Assembly: GCF_020745735.1 (NCBI RefSeq)
Contig: NC_083433.1
Span: 5,529,363 to 5,593,362 of the forward strand
Direction: 5' to 3'
DNA length: 64,000 nt
Origin: Hemiscyllium ocellatum
Lineage: Eukaryota
Positions within the stretch are counted from its first letter, which is position 1, and every line of letters begins with the position of its first letter. Position numbers and translations under genes: made by a program. This document shows positions 63,860-64,000 of this stretch, in pieces. The notes beneath the pieces were generated by a model that did not search any database, had not been told where the DNA came from, and saw nothing but the letters and a program-made list of their open reading frames with translations.

Positions 63860-64000
63860 TCATAGAGTCATAGGGTTGTACAGCACGGAAACAGACCCTT
63901 CGGGCCAACCTGTCCATTCCGACCAGATAACCCAACCCAATCTAGTCCCACCTGCCAGCACCCAGCCCATATCCCTCCAAACCCTTCCTATTCGTATGCC
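63860..64000 (-). mobile_element. CR1/HER1 3' tail running off the window edge
   Basis: Same tail as the 13592 and 50680 copies. Confidence 0.85.

Overview
Vertebrate genomic DNA, very likely a cartilaginous fish: it is dense in HE1/V-SINE-type tRNA SINEs, HER1/CR1-type LINE tails and Penelope-like fragments. Two complete spliced genes can be rebuilt by hand. The first is a 10-exon type I arginine methyltransferase on +, best called PRMT1 (CDS 10073-20270, 351 aa). It has a CCAAT/GC/TATA promoter and a ~3.2 kb repeat-free putative 3' UTR. The second is a convergent 2-exon POLR2L/RPB10 on - (CDS 33115-26215, 67 aa). POLR2L exon 1 lies between two GC-rich tandem arrays. One is a ~5.6 kb intronic array of ~98 x 57-bp units, each a hairpin plus a (CAA)n-loop hairpin; it produces the giant ORFs in the track, which are not genes. 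The other is a 48-bp promoter array whose units carry NRF1-like, GC-box and kB-like motifs. Other notable items: (i) at least five families of minimal type I hammerhead ribozyme motifs in Penelope-type repeats, some with intact cores; (ii) three head-to-tail Tx1-like 3' ends stacked in the TATA box of a solo LTR; (iii) a PRMT1/8-POLR2L linkage pointing to the ancestral 11p15/12p13/19q13 paralogon. The rest is transposon debris, low-complexity tracts and one 154-N gap. Repeat boundaries are approximate and no database search was run.
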